A stretch of 64,000 nucleotides of DNA from assembly GCA_963778815.1 (NCBI GenBank), contig CAVZVS010000004.1:771987-835986 (forward strand), written 5' to 3'. Source of the stretch: an uncultured Chloroflexia bacterium (GTDB lineage: Bacteria > Chloroflexota > Limnocylindria > Limnocylindrales > CSP1-4). The notes beneath the pieces are model-generated. The model was given only the letters and a program-made list of their open reading frames with translations. It was not told the origin of the DNA and made no database searches. Numbering within the stretch: the first letter of the stretch is position 1; each line of letters starts with the position of its first letter. The position numbers and the translations under genes are program-made. This document shows, piece after piece, positions 35,179 to 44,653 of this stretch.

Positions 35179-36147
35179 TCAAGCGATCTCCGAGGCGTCG
35201 ACGATCGGGTTCTCGACCGACCCGATGCCCTCGATCTCGACCCGGATCCGGTCGCCCGACGCAAGGAAGACCGGCGGTTCGCGGAAGACGCCGACTCCCG
35301 ACGGCGTCCCGGTCGTGATGATGTCGCCCGGCTCGAGGGTGATCGAGCGGCTGACGAACTCGACCAAGCTCGGGATGTCGAAGAGCAGGTCGTCGGTCCG
35401 GGCGTCCTGCCACGAAACGGTCGTCCCGGCGTGGTCACCGGAGGCGGGCATGAGCCAGGATCGGATGGGCAGGGCGGGGACGCTGGGCAGCTCGTCGGCG
35501 GTGACGAAGGTCGGTCCGAGCGGATAGAACGTGTCCGAACCCTTGGCCCGAAGCCACTGGCCGTCCCCGCGCTCGCCCTCCGCGAGGGCCTGCCTGGTCC
35601 CCTGCCAGTCCCGGGCCGAGACGTCGTTGCCGACCACGTAGCCGGCGATGTACGAGGCCGCGTCCGCCGCTGCGACCCGCCGCGCTGTCGCCCCGATGAC
35701 GACCCCCAGCTCCGCTTCGAAGTCGAGGGCATGACAGCCCAACGGCCGGACCACCGGCTCGCCGTCGGCGACGACCGCGTTGGAGAACTTGGCGAACAGC
35801 AGGGGCCGATCCGGCGGTTCGATGCCCTGCTCGGCCGCGTGGGCCCGGTAGTTCAACCCGACGCACACGATCTTGCCCGGGTAGGGCAATGCCGGACCGG
35901 GTCGTCGGCCTGCCAGCGGACGAGGCTTGACCCCGCGCTCCCGGCAGCGGGCGGTCGCCCGAGCCAGCCGTCGCCACCAGCGCGCATCGGCGAAGCCGAG
36001 GACGATGCCGAGGTCGAGGTTGGACCACAGCCAGGCGCCGACCAGCTTGCCCTCACGCTCGAGCTGGCCACCGGTCAGCAGGCCACCGTCCACCAGGACG
36101 CCCCAGCGATCGGAGCCCGATCGTGTCCGGTAGGCGTACAGGCGCAT
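35179..36147 (-). CDS. fumarylacetoacetate hydrolase (FAH) family protein
   Basis: GKIVCVGLNYRAHAAE, DFEAELGVVIG, GDIITTGTPSGVG. Confidence 0.85.
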   Translation of the reverse strand: MRLYAYRTRSGSDRWGVLVDGGLLTGGQLEREGKLVGAWLWSNLDLGIVLGFADARWWRRLARATARCRERGVKPRPLAGRRPGPALPYPGKIVCVGLNYRAHAAEQGIEPPDRPLLFAKFSNAVVADGEPVVRPLGCHALDFEAELGVVIGATARRVAAADAASYIAGYVVGNDVSARDWQGTRQALAEGERGDGQWLRAKGSDTFYPLGPTFVTADELPSVPALPIRSWLMPASGDHAGTTVSWQDARTDDLLFDIPSLVEFVSRSITLEPGDIITTGTPSGVGVFREPPVFLASGDRIRVEIEGIGSVENPIVDASEIA

Positions 36148-36159
36148 CGATCGACTCGG

Positions 36160-37059
36160 TCAGGAAGCGCTGGGGGAAGCCGCCGGGCTGGCCGACGGGA
36201 CCGGGCTGGTCGATGTCGCCGGGCTGGCCGAGCCGTCTGGCACCGCGCTCGGCTCCTGGCTCGCACCGGGGATCGGCGAGGCCGTCGGCCGGGCGCACTG
36301 TGGCTCCGGGTTCCTCAACTCGGCCTGGGTCTTGAAGTAGTCGAGGATCTGGGCCGTGTCGAGCTTGTCCTGGAACAGGACCCGGCCCCACAGGAGTGCC
36401 GCGATCGGGGCCTTCATGTCGTCGAACCGGGTGATGACGGGACCGATCGTGCCCTTCGGTATGGCGCACAGCGGACTATCCGGGAAGGTCTGGTAGAGCG
36501 CCTGGAGGGCCTTCTGGGTCGCGTCATCGCAGGCGCCCATGTTGCAGTTGTAGAGGATGACCAGGCCGCCGTGCTCCAGGTTGTGGACCCAACCCTGGGG
36601 GATGGTCGCGTCGTCGGGGCTGTAATAGCGGGCCTGGATCGGGGCGTTGAGACCGGCGTAGTGGTTGCCAGACGCGGGTGGACAGGCGGCGTAGCGCTGG
36701 CCCTCCGGGAACAGGATGTGGCTTCGGCCCATGTCCGGCTGGACCTGCCCGAGGGGGGCCGGCGAACCGTTCGGCAGCGGGGTCCCGGCCGCTGCCGGGA
36801 TGGTCTCGGTGGAACAGGCATAGGCCTTGCTGTTGGCCTGCACGACCAGGAAGCCACCGACCAGGACGACCGCCACGATGGCGGCCAGCCCGAGCAGCGC
36901 GCCACGGTAGCGCTGGACGAACGGCTTACGCCGATAGCTCTCGGTCCTGGTCCGGGACCTGGCGCGCTCGCGCTCACGTCGGCCGCGGCGAGTCTCGCCG
37001 GACGGACCGTGCGATGGACTGCCGGGTTCACCTTGCTCCCGGCTCGATTCGTTGGTCAC
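36160..37059 (-). CDS. DUF3105-domain membrane-anchored protein
   Basis: It has a basic N-terminus, one TM helix, ...GWVHNLEHGGLVILYNC..., and a Ser/Pro/Ala-rich tail. Confidence 0.65.
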   Translation of the reverse strand: MTNESSREQGEPGSPSHGPSGETRRGRRERERARSRTRTESYRRKPFVQRYRGALLGLAAIVAVVLVGGFLVVQANSKAYACSTETIPAAAGTPLPNGSPAPLGQVQPDMGRSHILFPEGQRYAACPPASGNHYAGLNAPIQARYYSPDDATIPQGWVHNLEHGGLVILYNCNMGACDDATQKALQALYQTFPDSPLCAIPKGTIGPVITRFDDMKAPIAALLWGRVLFQDKLDTAQILDYFKTQAELRNPEPQCARPTASPIPGASQEPSAVPDGSASPATSTSPVPSASPAASPSAS

Positions 37060-37193
37060 TGATCGCCTCTGTGGGACGGCGCCCGATCGGTCGACCGGGC
37101 ACAGGTGCTTCCTGGGAAGGGCGGGCTGGCCGCCACCGGCAGAGGGTACCCTCCCGAGCCGTTCCGTGCGGCCCGTGGCAGAATCGGCGCCCG

Positions 37194-37595
37194 ATGCCGG
37201 ACGATCCTGCGACCGAACCCAGACCGCGGATGCCCAACGGCGTCCGGGTCTTCCTCGTCTACGCCGGGGCGATCCTGGCCGTCATCGGTCTGTCCCTCCG
37301 GTTCGTCATCGACATGGCCATCGCCGCACCGGTCAGCCTGGTCGGGGTCGTGGTCATGGTCCTGCTGGCTTACACGATCTTCACGATGACCCTGGTCCTC
37401 CAGCGCAAGACGGTCGCCCGAGGTCTGGCCCTGGGCCTGGCCAGCCTGACCATCCCGGCCATCCCCCTCGGATTCTTCAGTTTCACGGTCGCCAGCACGG
37501 GCCTCGCGTTCGCCGTCTTCGCGGGCGCCCTGGCCCTGATCCTGTTCCGCGGACTGCTCAGGCCTGAGGTCCGGACCTACTTCGACCAACCATGA
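37194..37595 (+). CDS. small integral membrane protein (4 TM, hypothetical)
   Basis: ORF 36678..37595 trimmed to ATG 37194 (MPDDPATEPRPRMPNGVRVFLVYAGAILAVIGL...). Confidence 0.55.
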   Translation: MPDDPATEPRPRMPNGVRVFLVYAGAILAVIGLSLRFVIDMAIAAPVSLVGVVVMVLLAYTIFTMTLVLQRKTVARGLALGLASLTIPAIPLGFFSFTVASTGLAFAVFAGALALILFRGLLRPEVRTYFDQP

Positions 37596-38245
37596 CCGGT
37601 GCTATCCTGCCCGTCTTCATGTCCGACCTCCCGTTCATTCCCGCCGATCCGGGGCTGACTCCGCGCCTGGCCGCCTGTCTCGACGTCGAAGGCAAGATCC
37701 CTCGCGCACTCGACACTCTGGGCTCCGTGGCCGGGCGCGATGTGCTCCTGGTCGACGCCGATGGCGACCGGCTGTCGGGGCAGCTCAGCGGTCTCGGTGG
37801 CCGGGTCCGGACAGTGCCTCGAGCAGCCGGCGGCCAGCCCCTCGACGCGACGGCCGAGTCGGCCGACGTGGTGGTGGGCTGCTGGTCGGTCTTCCGCTCG
37901 CCGAGCCCCGTCGAGCTGGCCGAGGCCGACCGCGTCCTCCGGCCCGAGGGCCGTCTCCTGGTGGTCCACGACTACGGCCGCGATGACGTCTCGCATCTTC
38001 GGGGCGACCTGCCCGAGTACGGCGCCTGGAGTCGACCCGACGGCTGGTACCTGACCAACGGCTTCCGGGTCCGGGTCATCCACTGTTTCTGGACGTTCGA
38101 CTCGACCGACGACGCCGGCACCTTCCTGTCCGACGCGTTCGGCGAGACCGGGCGCATGCTCGCAGCCGGACTCACGCGACCGCGATTGAGCTACAACGTG
38201 GCCGTCTATCACCGGACTCGCGGCGGCATGAAGGTCCCCGCCTGA
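37592..38245 (+). CDS. hypothetical protein, methyltransferase-fold-like
   Basis: ATGA overlap with the upstream gene. ...VLLVDADGDRL...ADVVVGCWSVF...LRPEGRLLVVHDYG resembles a degenerate class I MTase core. Weak call. Confidence 0.4.
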   Translation: MTGAILPVFMSDLPFIPADPGLTPRLAACLDVEGKIPRALDTLGSVAGRDVLLVDADGDRLSGQLSGLGGRVRTVPRAAGGQPLDATAESADVVVGCWSVFRSPSPVELAEADRVLRPEGRLLVVHDYGRDDVSHLRGDLPEYGAWSRPDGWYLTNGFRVRVIHCFWTFDSTDDAGTFLSDAFGETGRMLAAGLTRPRLSYNVAVYHRTRGGMKVPA

Positions 38246-38270
38246 CCGGCGGGCCGCCGTCCGACCGACC

Positions 38271-38642
38271 ATGATCGCCCAGCCCCCGAACCCCGACGGG
38301 ATCGAGTCGCCCGAGCCCACTCCACGTCGAAAACGCGGCCGGCCGCTGACGCCGGTCCGGGTGACCCTGGGCATCGCCCTGGTCGCCTCGATCGGGGCCG
38401 TCGCCTACGGGTTGCTCGCGCGCGACGCGACCCAGATCCCGGTCCTGACCGCGAGCGGCTATATGAGCGGCATCGTCTTCGTCCTGCTGGCCCTGGCTGG
38501 CGCCTGGGCAGCCTATCGCCGGGCCCAAGGCGGCCAGGGCGGTCGAGCCCTGGTCTACGCTGTCCTCGGTGGGATCGCTGCCCTGCTGGCTGCCGTCGCG
38601 TTCGCCGGGGCGATCATCCTGACCCTCACCCTGGACACCTGA
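38271..38642 (+). CDS. small membrane protein (hypothetical)
   Basis: 123 aa with a basic N-terminus and 3 hydrophobic helices. Confidence 0.5.
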   Translation: MIAQPPNPDGIESPEPTPRRKRGRPLTPVRVTLGIALVASIGAVAYGLLARDATQIPVLTASGYMSGIVFVLLALAGAWAAYRRAQGGQGGRALVYAVLGGIAALLAAVAFAGAIILTLTLDT

Positions 38643-38686
38643 CCCGGGGTCACGATCGGACCCTCTGGTAGACTCGGCGGCGCCTC

Positions 38687-38763
38687 GCCCCCATCGTCTA
38701 GAGGCCTAGGACGCCACCCTTTCAAGGTGGAGATCAGGGGTTCGAATCCCCTTGGGGGTACCA
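38687..38763 (+). tRNA. tRNA-Glu (anticodon UUC), CCA encoded
   Basis: GCCCCCATCGTCTAGAGGCCTAGGACGCCACCCTTTCAAGGTGGAGATCAGGGGTTCGAATCCCCTTGGGGGTACCA. The anticodon stem CCACC/GGTGG encloses loop CTTTCAA. T-loop GGTTCGAATCC. TAGACT lies 12 nt upstream. Confidence 0.93.
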
Positions 38764-38793
38764 CCTCAGGCGCGGGCTGCTACGATCGGACGC

Positions 38794-39147
38794 ATGGAGA
38801 TCATGGGCGTCCACATCCGGACGATCGTCAAGGACAATGTCGCGACCCGCTGCGACGGGTGCCTCGAGATCATCTCGGGCACACCCTGGCGGATCAACCT
38901 TCTGGACATCGTGTCGCCCGAGGCCGCCGCATCGTGGGCCGAGCGTCCCGCGGTCAACCCGGGACCCTTCCAGTTCCACTCCGACCCGAGCCACGTCCGA
39001 CGCTGGATGGCCGACAAGGGCTACCTGTTCTGCCGGCGGGGCGAGGTCCGCGAGTTGATGCGCCCGGTCGCGATCCCCGGCGAGGAACCGCGCTGGGGCC
39101 TGTGCGACGGACTCCATCACGACGCCCACGAGTTCGTTCCCGCCTGA
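38794..39147 (+). CDS. hypothetical Cys/His-containing protein (117 aa)
   Basis: ORF trimmed to ATG 38794, which lies 7 nt after TACGAT. CDGC...FCRRG...CDGLHHDAH. No family recognised. Confidence 0.5.
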   Translation: MEIMGVHIRTIVKDNVATRCDGCLEIISGTPWRINLLDIVSPEAAASWAERPAVNPGPFQFHSDPSHVRRWMADKGYLFCRRGEVRELMRPVAIPGEEPRWGLCDGLHHDAHEFVPA

Positions 39148-39172
39148 CCTCCCCGCACGAGACCAGCGACCG

Positions 39173-40231
39173 ATGAGCCTGACCATCCTGCTGCCAGCCC
39201 TCACCTCGATCTTCGCCCTGGTGTTCAGCGTGTTGCTGTTCGACCAGTGGCGCGATCGGCGCCGGGCCTACCAGCTGGTCTGGGCTCTGGGCATGCTCTT
39301 CTTCGGGATCGCCTCGGGTTGCGAAGCCGTGGCCGCGGCGAGCACCTGGAGCGAGCCGCTGTACCGGATCTGGTACCTCACCGGCGCGGTCTGGACGGCC
39401 GGCTGGCTGGGTCTCGGGACCGCCTTCCTGCTGGGCCGGACGCGCTTCGGCTATACCTTCGCGTTCTGCCTGTTCCTGGCCGGTCTGTTCACCCTGCTGA
39501 CCCAGCGCCGCTACGACTACCCGGGCGCGGGTACGGCGCCCGTCCTGTACCTGGTCGGCTCGATCATCCTGGCCATCGCCATCGGGGTCGAGACCTATTT
39601 CGCCAACGAGCGCTGGCCGTACCTTGCCGCCGTCGCCGTGGTCGGAGCCACCATCCTCAGCATCGTGCTGATGGTCACCAGCACGCTGGCTCCCCCCGGT
39701 TATGCCCTCGACCCGGCGACCAACGTCCCGGTCGGCGACCTGTTCCCGGGCACGCTCCGCCTGTTGACCCCGTTCATGAACATCACCGGCGGCCTGGTCC
39801 TCATCCTCGGCGCGGTCTTCTCGACCTACGTGTTCATGCCCAAGCGCCGGATCCTGGAGTACTCCCTCGACCCAGAGCAGCCCGGTGACCACTTCCTGTT
39901 CAACCTGCTCATCGCGCCGGTGGCCATCGTGGTCAACCTGGTCGCCTCGATCCCGCTGGCGTTCCATGCATTCCGGACCGGGACGATCAACAGCCGGGTG
40001 CCGGCGACCATCCTCATCGCCATCGGCGGGATGTTGGCCAGCGGCGGCGACGCGCTTAATCGGTTCGGCATCACCGAGTACTTCCAGGTCGGCAAGTTCC
40101 TGGCTGTGCTCTTCCTGCTGGCCGGGTTCCTGGTCTCGACCGAGGTCTTCCGCGAGATCCGCATCCCGTTCACCGCGATCAAGTTGCGGACCGCCCGACC
40201 GGATCCCGTCACCGACAGCGCCGCCGACTGA
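39173..40231 (+). CDS. polytopic membrane protein (hypothetical)
   Basis: 352 aa with about 10 hydrophobic helices. No family recognised. Confidence 0.6.
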   Translation: MSLTILLPALTSIFALVFSVLLFDQWRDRRRAYQLVWALGMLFFGIASGCEAVAAASTWSEPLYRIWYLTGAVWTAGWLGLGTAFLLGRTRFGYTFAFCLFLAGLFTLLTQRRYDYPGAGTAPVLYLVGSIILAIAIGVETYFANERWPYLAAVAVVGATILSIVLMVTSTLAPPGYALDPATNVPVGDLFPGTLRLLTPFMNITGGLVLILGAVFSTYVFMPKRRILEYSLDPEQPGDHFLFNLLIAPVAIVVNLVASIPLAFHAFRTGTINSRVPATILIAIGGMLASGGDALNRFGITEYFQVGKFLAVLFLLAGFLVSTEVFREIRIPFTAIKLRTARPDPVTDSAAD

Positions 40232-40245
40232 TCAGCGGCCGCCGG

Positions 40246-41256
40246 ATGTCCATCGAGCGGCGTCACTCCAACCTGGGCAGCCTGTCGGTCATCGTCGCCG
40301 CGAGTCTGTTCGGCGTCCTCGGCCCGCTGTCCCGGCTGGCCGAGGAGGACACCGGGCTGACCACCGTCGGGCTCGTCTCGTGGCGCGCCCTGTTCGGGGC
40401 GCTCATGGTCGCCGTGGTCATCGGGCTGCGGGTCGTTCGTGGTCGAGCGGTCGTCGGCTGGGGCGTCCTGTCGGTTCGTGGCCGGGTCTCATTGGCGGTC
40501 GTGACGGTCGCCGCCGTGATCCTCAACCTGGCCATCTTCTCTGCCTTCCAGCGGGTCACCATCGCTCTTGCCCTGCTCGTCTTCTACACCTACCCGGCCC
40601 TGGTGACCCTGGTCGTGGTCGTCATCGAGCGGCGCCGCCCGGACCGTGTCCAACTGACCGCCCTGGCGATGGCCAGCGTAGGGATGGTCATCGTCGTCGT
40701 GGGTGGGATCGATCCGGCGACCGGCCTGACGGTCGACCTCGGCGGCCTCCTCCTGGCCTTCGTCGCCGCCACAGCCCAGGTCGTATTCATCCTGGTCAGC
40801 CGGCGGGGTTACGCGGCCCTGCCGACCGACGAAGGCGCGTTCGCGGTGCTTGCCGGCGGCTTCCTCGGCTTCGTCGCCTTCGCCCTGGTGTCCGGCCAGG
40901 GCAGTGATCTCGGGCAGCCTTTCACGGATCCCTCCGCCTGGCCCTGGTTGCTCGTCGCCGGCATCTTCGGCGCAGGTATCCCGACGACCCTGTTCCTGGT
41001 CGGGATCCGCTGGATCGGCGGTGTCCGGGCGGGCATCCTGGCCCTGTTCGAACCGGTCGTCGGAACCCTCCTTGCGGCGGCCCTCCTGGCCGAGACCCTC
41101 CGGCCGATCCAGTTCGTCGGCGGGGCGCTCGTGCTGATCGCGGCGGTCCTCCTCCAGCGCGAACGGGCCTCTCCGGCCGACGGAACGGAAGACGCCGCGG
41201 CCCTCACCGACGAGCCTCGCGACGACGCCTCGGCGCGCTCCGCGACCTTCGGCTGA
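40246..41256 (+). CDS. EamA/DMT family transporter
   Basis: It has two EamA-like 5-TM halves with the typical A/G/L-rich helices. Confidence 0.75.
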   Translation: MSIERRHSNLGSLSVIVAASLFGVLGPLSRLAEEDTGLTTVGLVSWRALFGALMVAVVIGLRVVRGRAVVGWGVLSVRGRVSLAVVTVAAVILNLAIFSAFQRVTIALALLVFYTYPALVTLVVVVIERRRPDRVQLTALAMASVGMVIVVVGGIDPATGLTVDLGGLLLAFVAATAQVVFILVSRRGYAALPTDEGAFAVLAGGFLGFVAFALVSGQGSDLGQPFTDPSAWPWLLVAGIFGAGIPTTLFLVGIRWIGGVRAGILALFEPVVGTLLAAALLAETLRPIQFVGGALVLIAAVLLQRERASPADGTEDAAALTDEPRDDASARSATFG

Positions 41257-41341
41257 CGGCTCGAGGGACCTCCGGATACGGGGTGGCCAAGAACCTCCGC
41301 GGTATACTCGACGCGTCCACGAGCGCCGCCCCCGAGGTTCG

Positions 41342-42220
41342 ATGCGAGTCCGCAAAGCCGTCTTCCCAGCCGCCGGATGGGGCACCAGGTTCCTGCCGGC
41401 GACGAAGGCCCAGCCGAAGGAGATGCTCCCGCTCGTCGACAAGCCGGTCATCCAATACGCCGTCGAAGAGGCGGTCGCGGCCGGCATCGAGCAGGTCATC
41501 ATCGTCACGTCCAGCCAGAAGCGGGCGATCGAGGATCACTTCGACCTCTCCTACGAGCTCGAGCACTTGCTCGAGGAGCGCGGCGACGTGGAGATGCTGC
41601 GCAAGATCCGCCACATCAGCGACCTGGCCCAGATCGCCTACGTCCGCCAGAAGGAACAGCTCGGCCTGGGCCATGCGGTCCTGATGGCCAAGGAGCTGAT
41701 CGGCCACGAGCCGTTCGCGGTGATCCTGTCGGACGACGTGGTGGTCTCGGATCGGCCAGCCATCGGACAACTCATCCACGCCTACGATCAGACCCACTCG
41801 TCGGTCATCGCGGTCACCGAAGTCCCCCACGAGGAGACCAGCCGCTACGGGGTGATCGACCCGGAACCGGCCGGCGACGAGCTGGACCATGGCCGGCTCC
41901 ACCGGATCAAGGGCGTCGTCGAGAAACCCGACCCGTCGGTGGCACCGTCCAACCTGGCCATCATCGGGCGCTATGTCCTGACTCCCAAGATCTTCGACAA
42001 GCTGGAGCAGACCCAGCGCGGGGCCGGCGGCGAGATCCAGCTGACCGATGCGATCGAGGCCTTGATGGAGGAGCAGGCGGTCTACGGCTACGAATTCGAA
42101 GGCAAGCGCTACGACGCCGGCACGACCATGGGCTGGCTCAAGGCCTCGGTCGAGCTGGCCCTCGAGCGACCGGATCTGGCTGCCGAGTTCCGGGATTACC
42201 TGCGCAACCTCGAACTCTGA
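41342..42220 (+). CDS. galU: UTP--glucose-1-phosphate uridylyltransferase
   Basis: KAVFPAAGWGTRFLPATKAQPKEMLPLVDKPVIQY, and the VEKP motif (VVEKPDPS). Confidence 0.93.
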   Translation: MRVRKAVFPAAGWGTRFLPATKAQPKEMLPLVDKPVIQYAVEEAVAAGIEQVIIVTSSQKRAIEDHFDLSYELEHLLEERGDVEMLRKIRHISDLAQIAYVRQKEQLGLGHAVLMAKELIGHEPFAVILSDDVVVSDRPAIGQLIHAYDQTHSSVIAVTEVPHEETSRYGVIDPEPAGDELDHGRLHRIKGVVEKPDPSVAPSNLAIIGRYVLTPKIFDKLEQTQRGAGGEIQLTDAIEALMEEQAVYGYEFEGKRYDAGTTMGWLKASVELALERPDLAAEFRDYLRNLEL

Positions 42221-42326
42221 GCTCGTGCGAGCGTCACCCGGAGCGTCGAGCGCCCGTCACCGGTGGGGTACGATGCCCGGCGACCGGGGCGGACCGGCCT
42301 AGTCCACGGACAGTGAGGGATCGACC

Positions 42327-44234
42327 TTGGCGGAGATCGGAAGCGTCCTCGGTGGGCGATATCGGCTGGTCGAGCTCCTCGGCCAGGGCGGTATGGCCAC
42401 GATCTTCCGGGCCACCGACAGCCAGCTCGGCCGCGACGTCGCGGTCAAGGTCCTTCGCCCCGAGTACGGCCGCGATCCGGACTTCGTCGCCCGCTTCCGG
42501 ATGGAGGCCCAGTCGGTCGCCTCGCTGAGTTCGCCCAACATCGTCGTGGTCCACGACTTCGGGATGGACCCGGCCGGGCCGTTCATCGTGATGGACTACG
42601 TCGATGGCGAGGATCTGGCGACCCTCCTGCGCCGGACCGGTCCGCTTTCTCCGTCGCAGTCCGCCCGGATCGCCGCCGAGGTCGCCCGGGCCCTGGCCGT
42701 GGCCCATTCGCGCGGGATCATCCATCGCGACATCAAGCCGGGCAACATCCTGCTGGCCAGCGGCGGGCGCGTCCTGGTGACCGATTTCGGGATCGCCCGG
42801 GCCCTGGCCGAGGCGCAGATGACCCTGCCCGGAACCACCCTCGGCTCAGTCCAGTACATGAGCCCGGAGCAAGCCCGCGGCGCGCCCACCACCGAGCGAT
42901 CGGATATCTACAGCCTGGGCGTGGTCCTGTTCGAGATGCTGGCCGGCCGCCGCCCGTTCGAGGGCGACAGCGCAGCGTCGATCGCCCTGGCGCGGCTGAC
43001 CCCGCCGGTGCCGATGCCATCGACCTACCGGGCGGGTATCCCGCCGGTGCTCGAGGCGATCTGCCGCAAGTCGATGGCGATCGATCCGGCCGATCGGTTC
43101 TCCTCGGCCAGCGCCATGGCCGATGCCCTCGAGGATGACCTGGCCGATCGGACCGCGGCTGCGGCTGGTCTGGGCGTGGTCGGTGCGGCGGGTGCCGCTG
43201 CTGCAGCCGCTACGGTCGCCGCGGTGGCCCGGGCCAATCCGGGCAGCCCCATCCCCTATGCCGCCGATGCCTACGCCGGAGCCGGGACCTCGGCCGCTCC
43301 GCCGCCACCGCCCGTGGCCCCTCCTCCCGCGCTGGCCGACGACGATGGCGACAGCGGGGGCACCGGGCCGTGGGCCTGGATCGCCGGCATCCTCGGCCTG
43401 CTGATCCTGCTCCTGGTCGGCTTCCTGTTCCTCAAGCTGCTGACGGGTGGCGGTACGCCCACCGCCAACCAGGTCGTCGTCCCGAACTTCGTCGGTCAGA
43501 CCCTCCAGCAGGTCCAGGCCCTGGCCGACGCCACGGGCGTGGTGGTAAAGGCGACCCAGTTCGTCAAGAGCAACGACCAGCCGGAGGGGACCATCACCGC
43601 CCAGGATCCCGCCGCCAACGTGACGGTCGATAAGGGTTCCACGATCAACGTGACGGTGGTCACTGGGCAGGCCCTGGTCGCCGTGCCCGACGTCAAGAGC
43701 CAGACCGAATCGAACGCGCTCAAGGCGCTGGTCCAGGCCGGCCTCGTCCCTGGCACCGCGACCCAGGAGTTCGATCCGATCGTGATCGCCGGCTCGGTCG
43801 TCTCGACGTCGCCGGCGGCCGGGGTCGAGGTGGCCTCCGGCACCACCATCGACTACGTCGTGTCGAAGGGCCCCGAACCGAGCGCGACGCCATCGCCCTC
43901 GCCGACGCCCAGCCCGACCCCCGCGCCGACACCGTCACCCACGCCGACCCCTACGGTCGCACCGCCCACGCCGACCCCGACGGCGTTGCTGACGACGGTC
44001 GGCGAGTATCGCTGCCAGACGCTTGGCGAGGCCAAGGCCGATATCGCGGCTGACGGCTTCACGGTCGGCACGGTCACCTCGGCGCCGCCCGGCTACACCG
44101 CCGACGACACGTCACTCGTCTTCGAGCAGTTGCCCTTGCCCGGCAAGAAGCGAACGGCCGGCACGCCGATCGACCTGGGCGCGTACGACCCGGCCTCCTA
44201 CCCCTACCCGACCTGTCCGCCGGCGACCCCCTAG
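42327..44234 (+). CDS. Ser/Thr protein kinase with three PASTA domains (PknB-like)
   Basis: TTG 42327. GQGGMATIF, VAVKVL, HRDIKPGNIL, DFGIAR, one TM helix, and three PASTA-like repeats with a Pro/Thr/Ser linker. Confidence 0.9.
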   Translation: MAEIGSVLGGRYRLVELLGQGGMATIFRATDSQLGRDVAVKVLRPEYGRDPDFVARFRMEAQSVASLSSPNIVVVHDFGMDPAGPFIVMDYVDGEDLATLLRRTGPLSPSQSARIAAEVARALAVAHSRGIIHRDIKPGNILLASGGRVLVTDFGIARALAEAQMTLPGTTLGSVQYMSPEQARGAPTTERSDIYSLGVVLFEMLAGRRPFEGDSAASIALARLTPPVPMPSTYRAGIPPVLEAICRKSMAIDPADRFSSASAMADALEDDLADRTAAAAGLGVVGAAGAAAAAATVAAVARANPGSPIPYAADAYAGAGTSAAPPPPPVAPPPALADDDGDSGGTGPWAWIAGILGLLILLLVGFLFLKLLTGGGTPTANQVVVPNFVGQTLQQVQALADATGVVVKATQFVKSNDQPEGTITAQDPAANVTVDKGSTINVTVVTGQALVAVPDVKSQTESNALKALVQAGLVPGTATQEFDPIVIAGSVVSTSPAAGVEVASGTTIDYVVSKGPEPSATPSPSPTPSPTPAPTPSPTPTPTVAPPTPTPTALLTTVGEYRCQTLGEAKADIAADGFTVGTVTSAPPGYTADDTSLVFEQLPLPGKKRTAGTPIDLGAYDPASYPYPTCPPATP

Positions 44235-44244
44235 GCGCGGGATC

Positions 44245-44601
44245 TCAGGCCTCGACGTCGATCCAGAAACTGCCCGGGCGATCGGCCCGGAGGGGGTCCG
44301 GGTCGGGCCGTGACGGATCGGTCGCCAGATGCAGACCGAACGGCTGTTCGTCGCTGGCGACCGAGGCGTCGACCGAGGCGGTCCCGGCCACCAGCGCGAT
44401 GGGTGATGTCCAGCAGGCCTTGATCTCGTCACCGACCAGCGCGCCACGGCGTCGGTCGAGCCCGCAGTAGCCGAGACCGCCGAACACGGCGTGGCGGAAG
44501 TTCAGGCAGGTGGCGCAACTGGTGCTGGAGCGGTGGCAGACCCAGCACCGGGCCGCTTCGGCCTGCGGAGTCCGGCAGTGCGGGCAGCGCCACGTCGCCA
44601 T
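44245..44601 (-). CDS. Cys-rich (zinc-ribbon-like) hypothetical protein
   Basis: MATWRCPHCRTPQAEAARCWVCHRSSTSCATCLNF... Confidence 0.5.
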   Translation of the reverse strand: MATWRCPHCRTPQAEAARCWVCHRSSTSCATCLNFRHAVFGGLGYCGLDRRRGALVGDEIKACWTSPIALVAGTASVDASVASDEQPFGLHLATDPSRPDPDPLRADRPGSFWIDVEA

Positions 44602-44653
44602 GGCCGGATGGTAGCTGCCGCATCGCCTGGCTGTCGAGCCGAGGCGCGCTCGG

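Noticed and set aside
38687-41256. Genomic island integrated at tRNA-Glu.
   Set aside because: There is no integrase. I saw no direct repeat of the tRNA 3' end downstream. GC and codon usage of the following genes look native.
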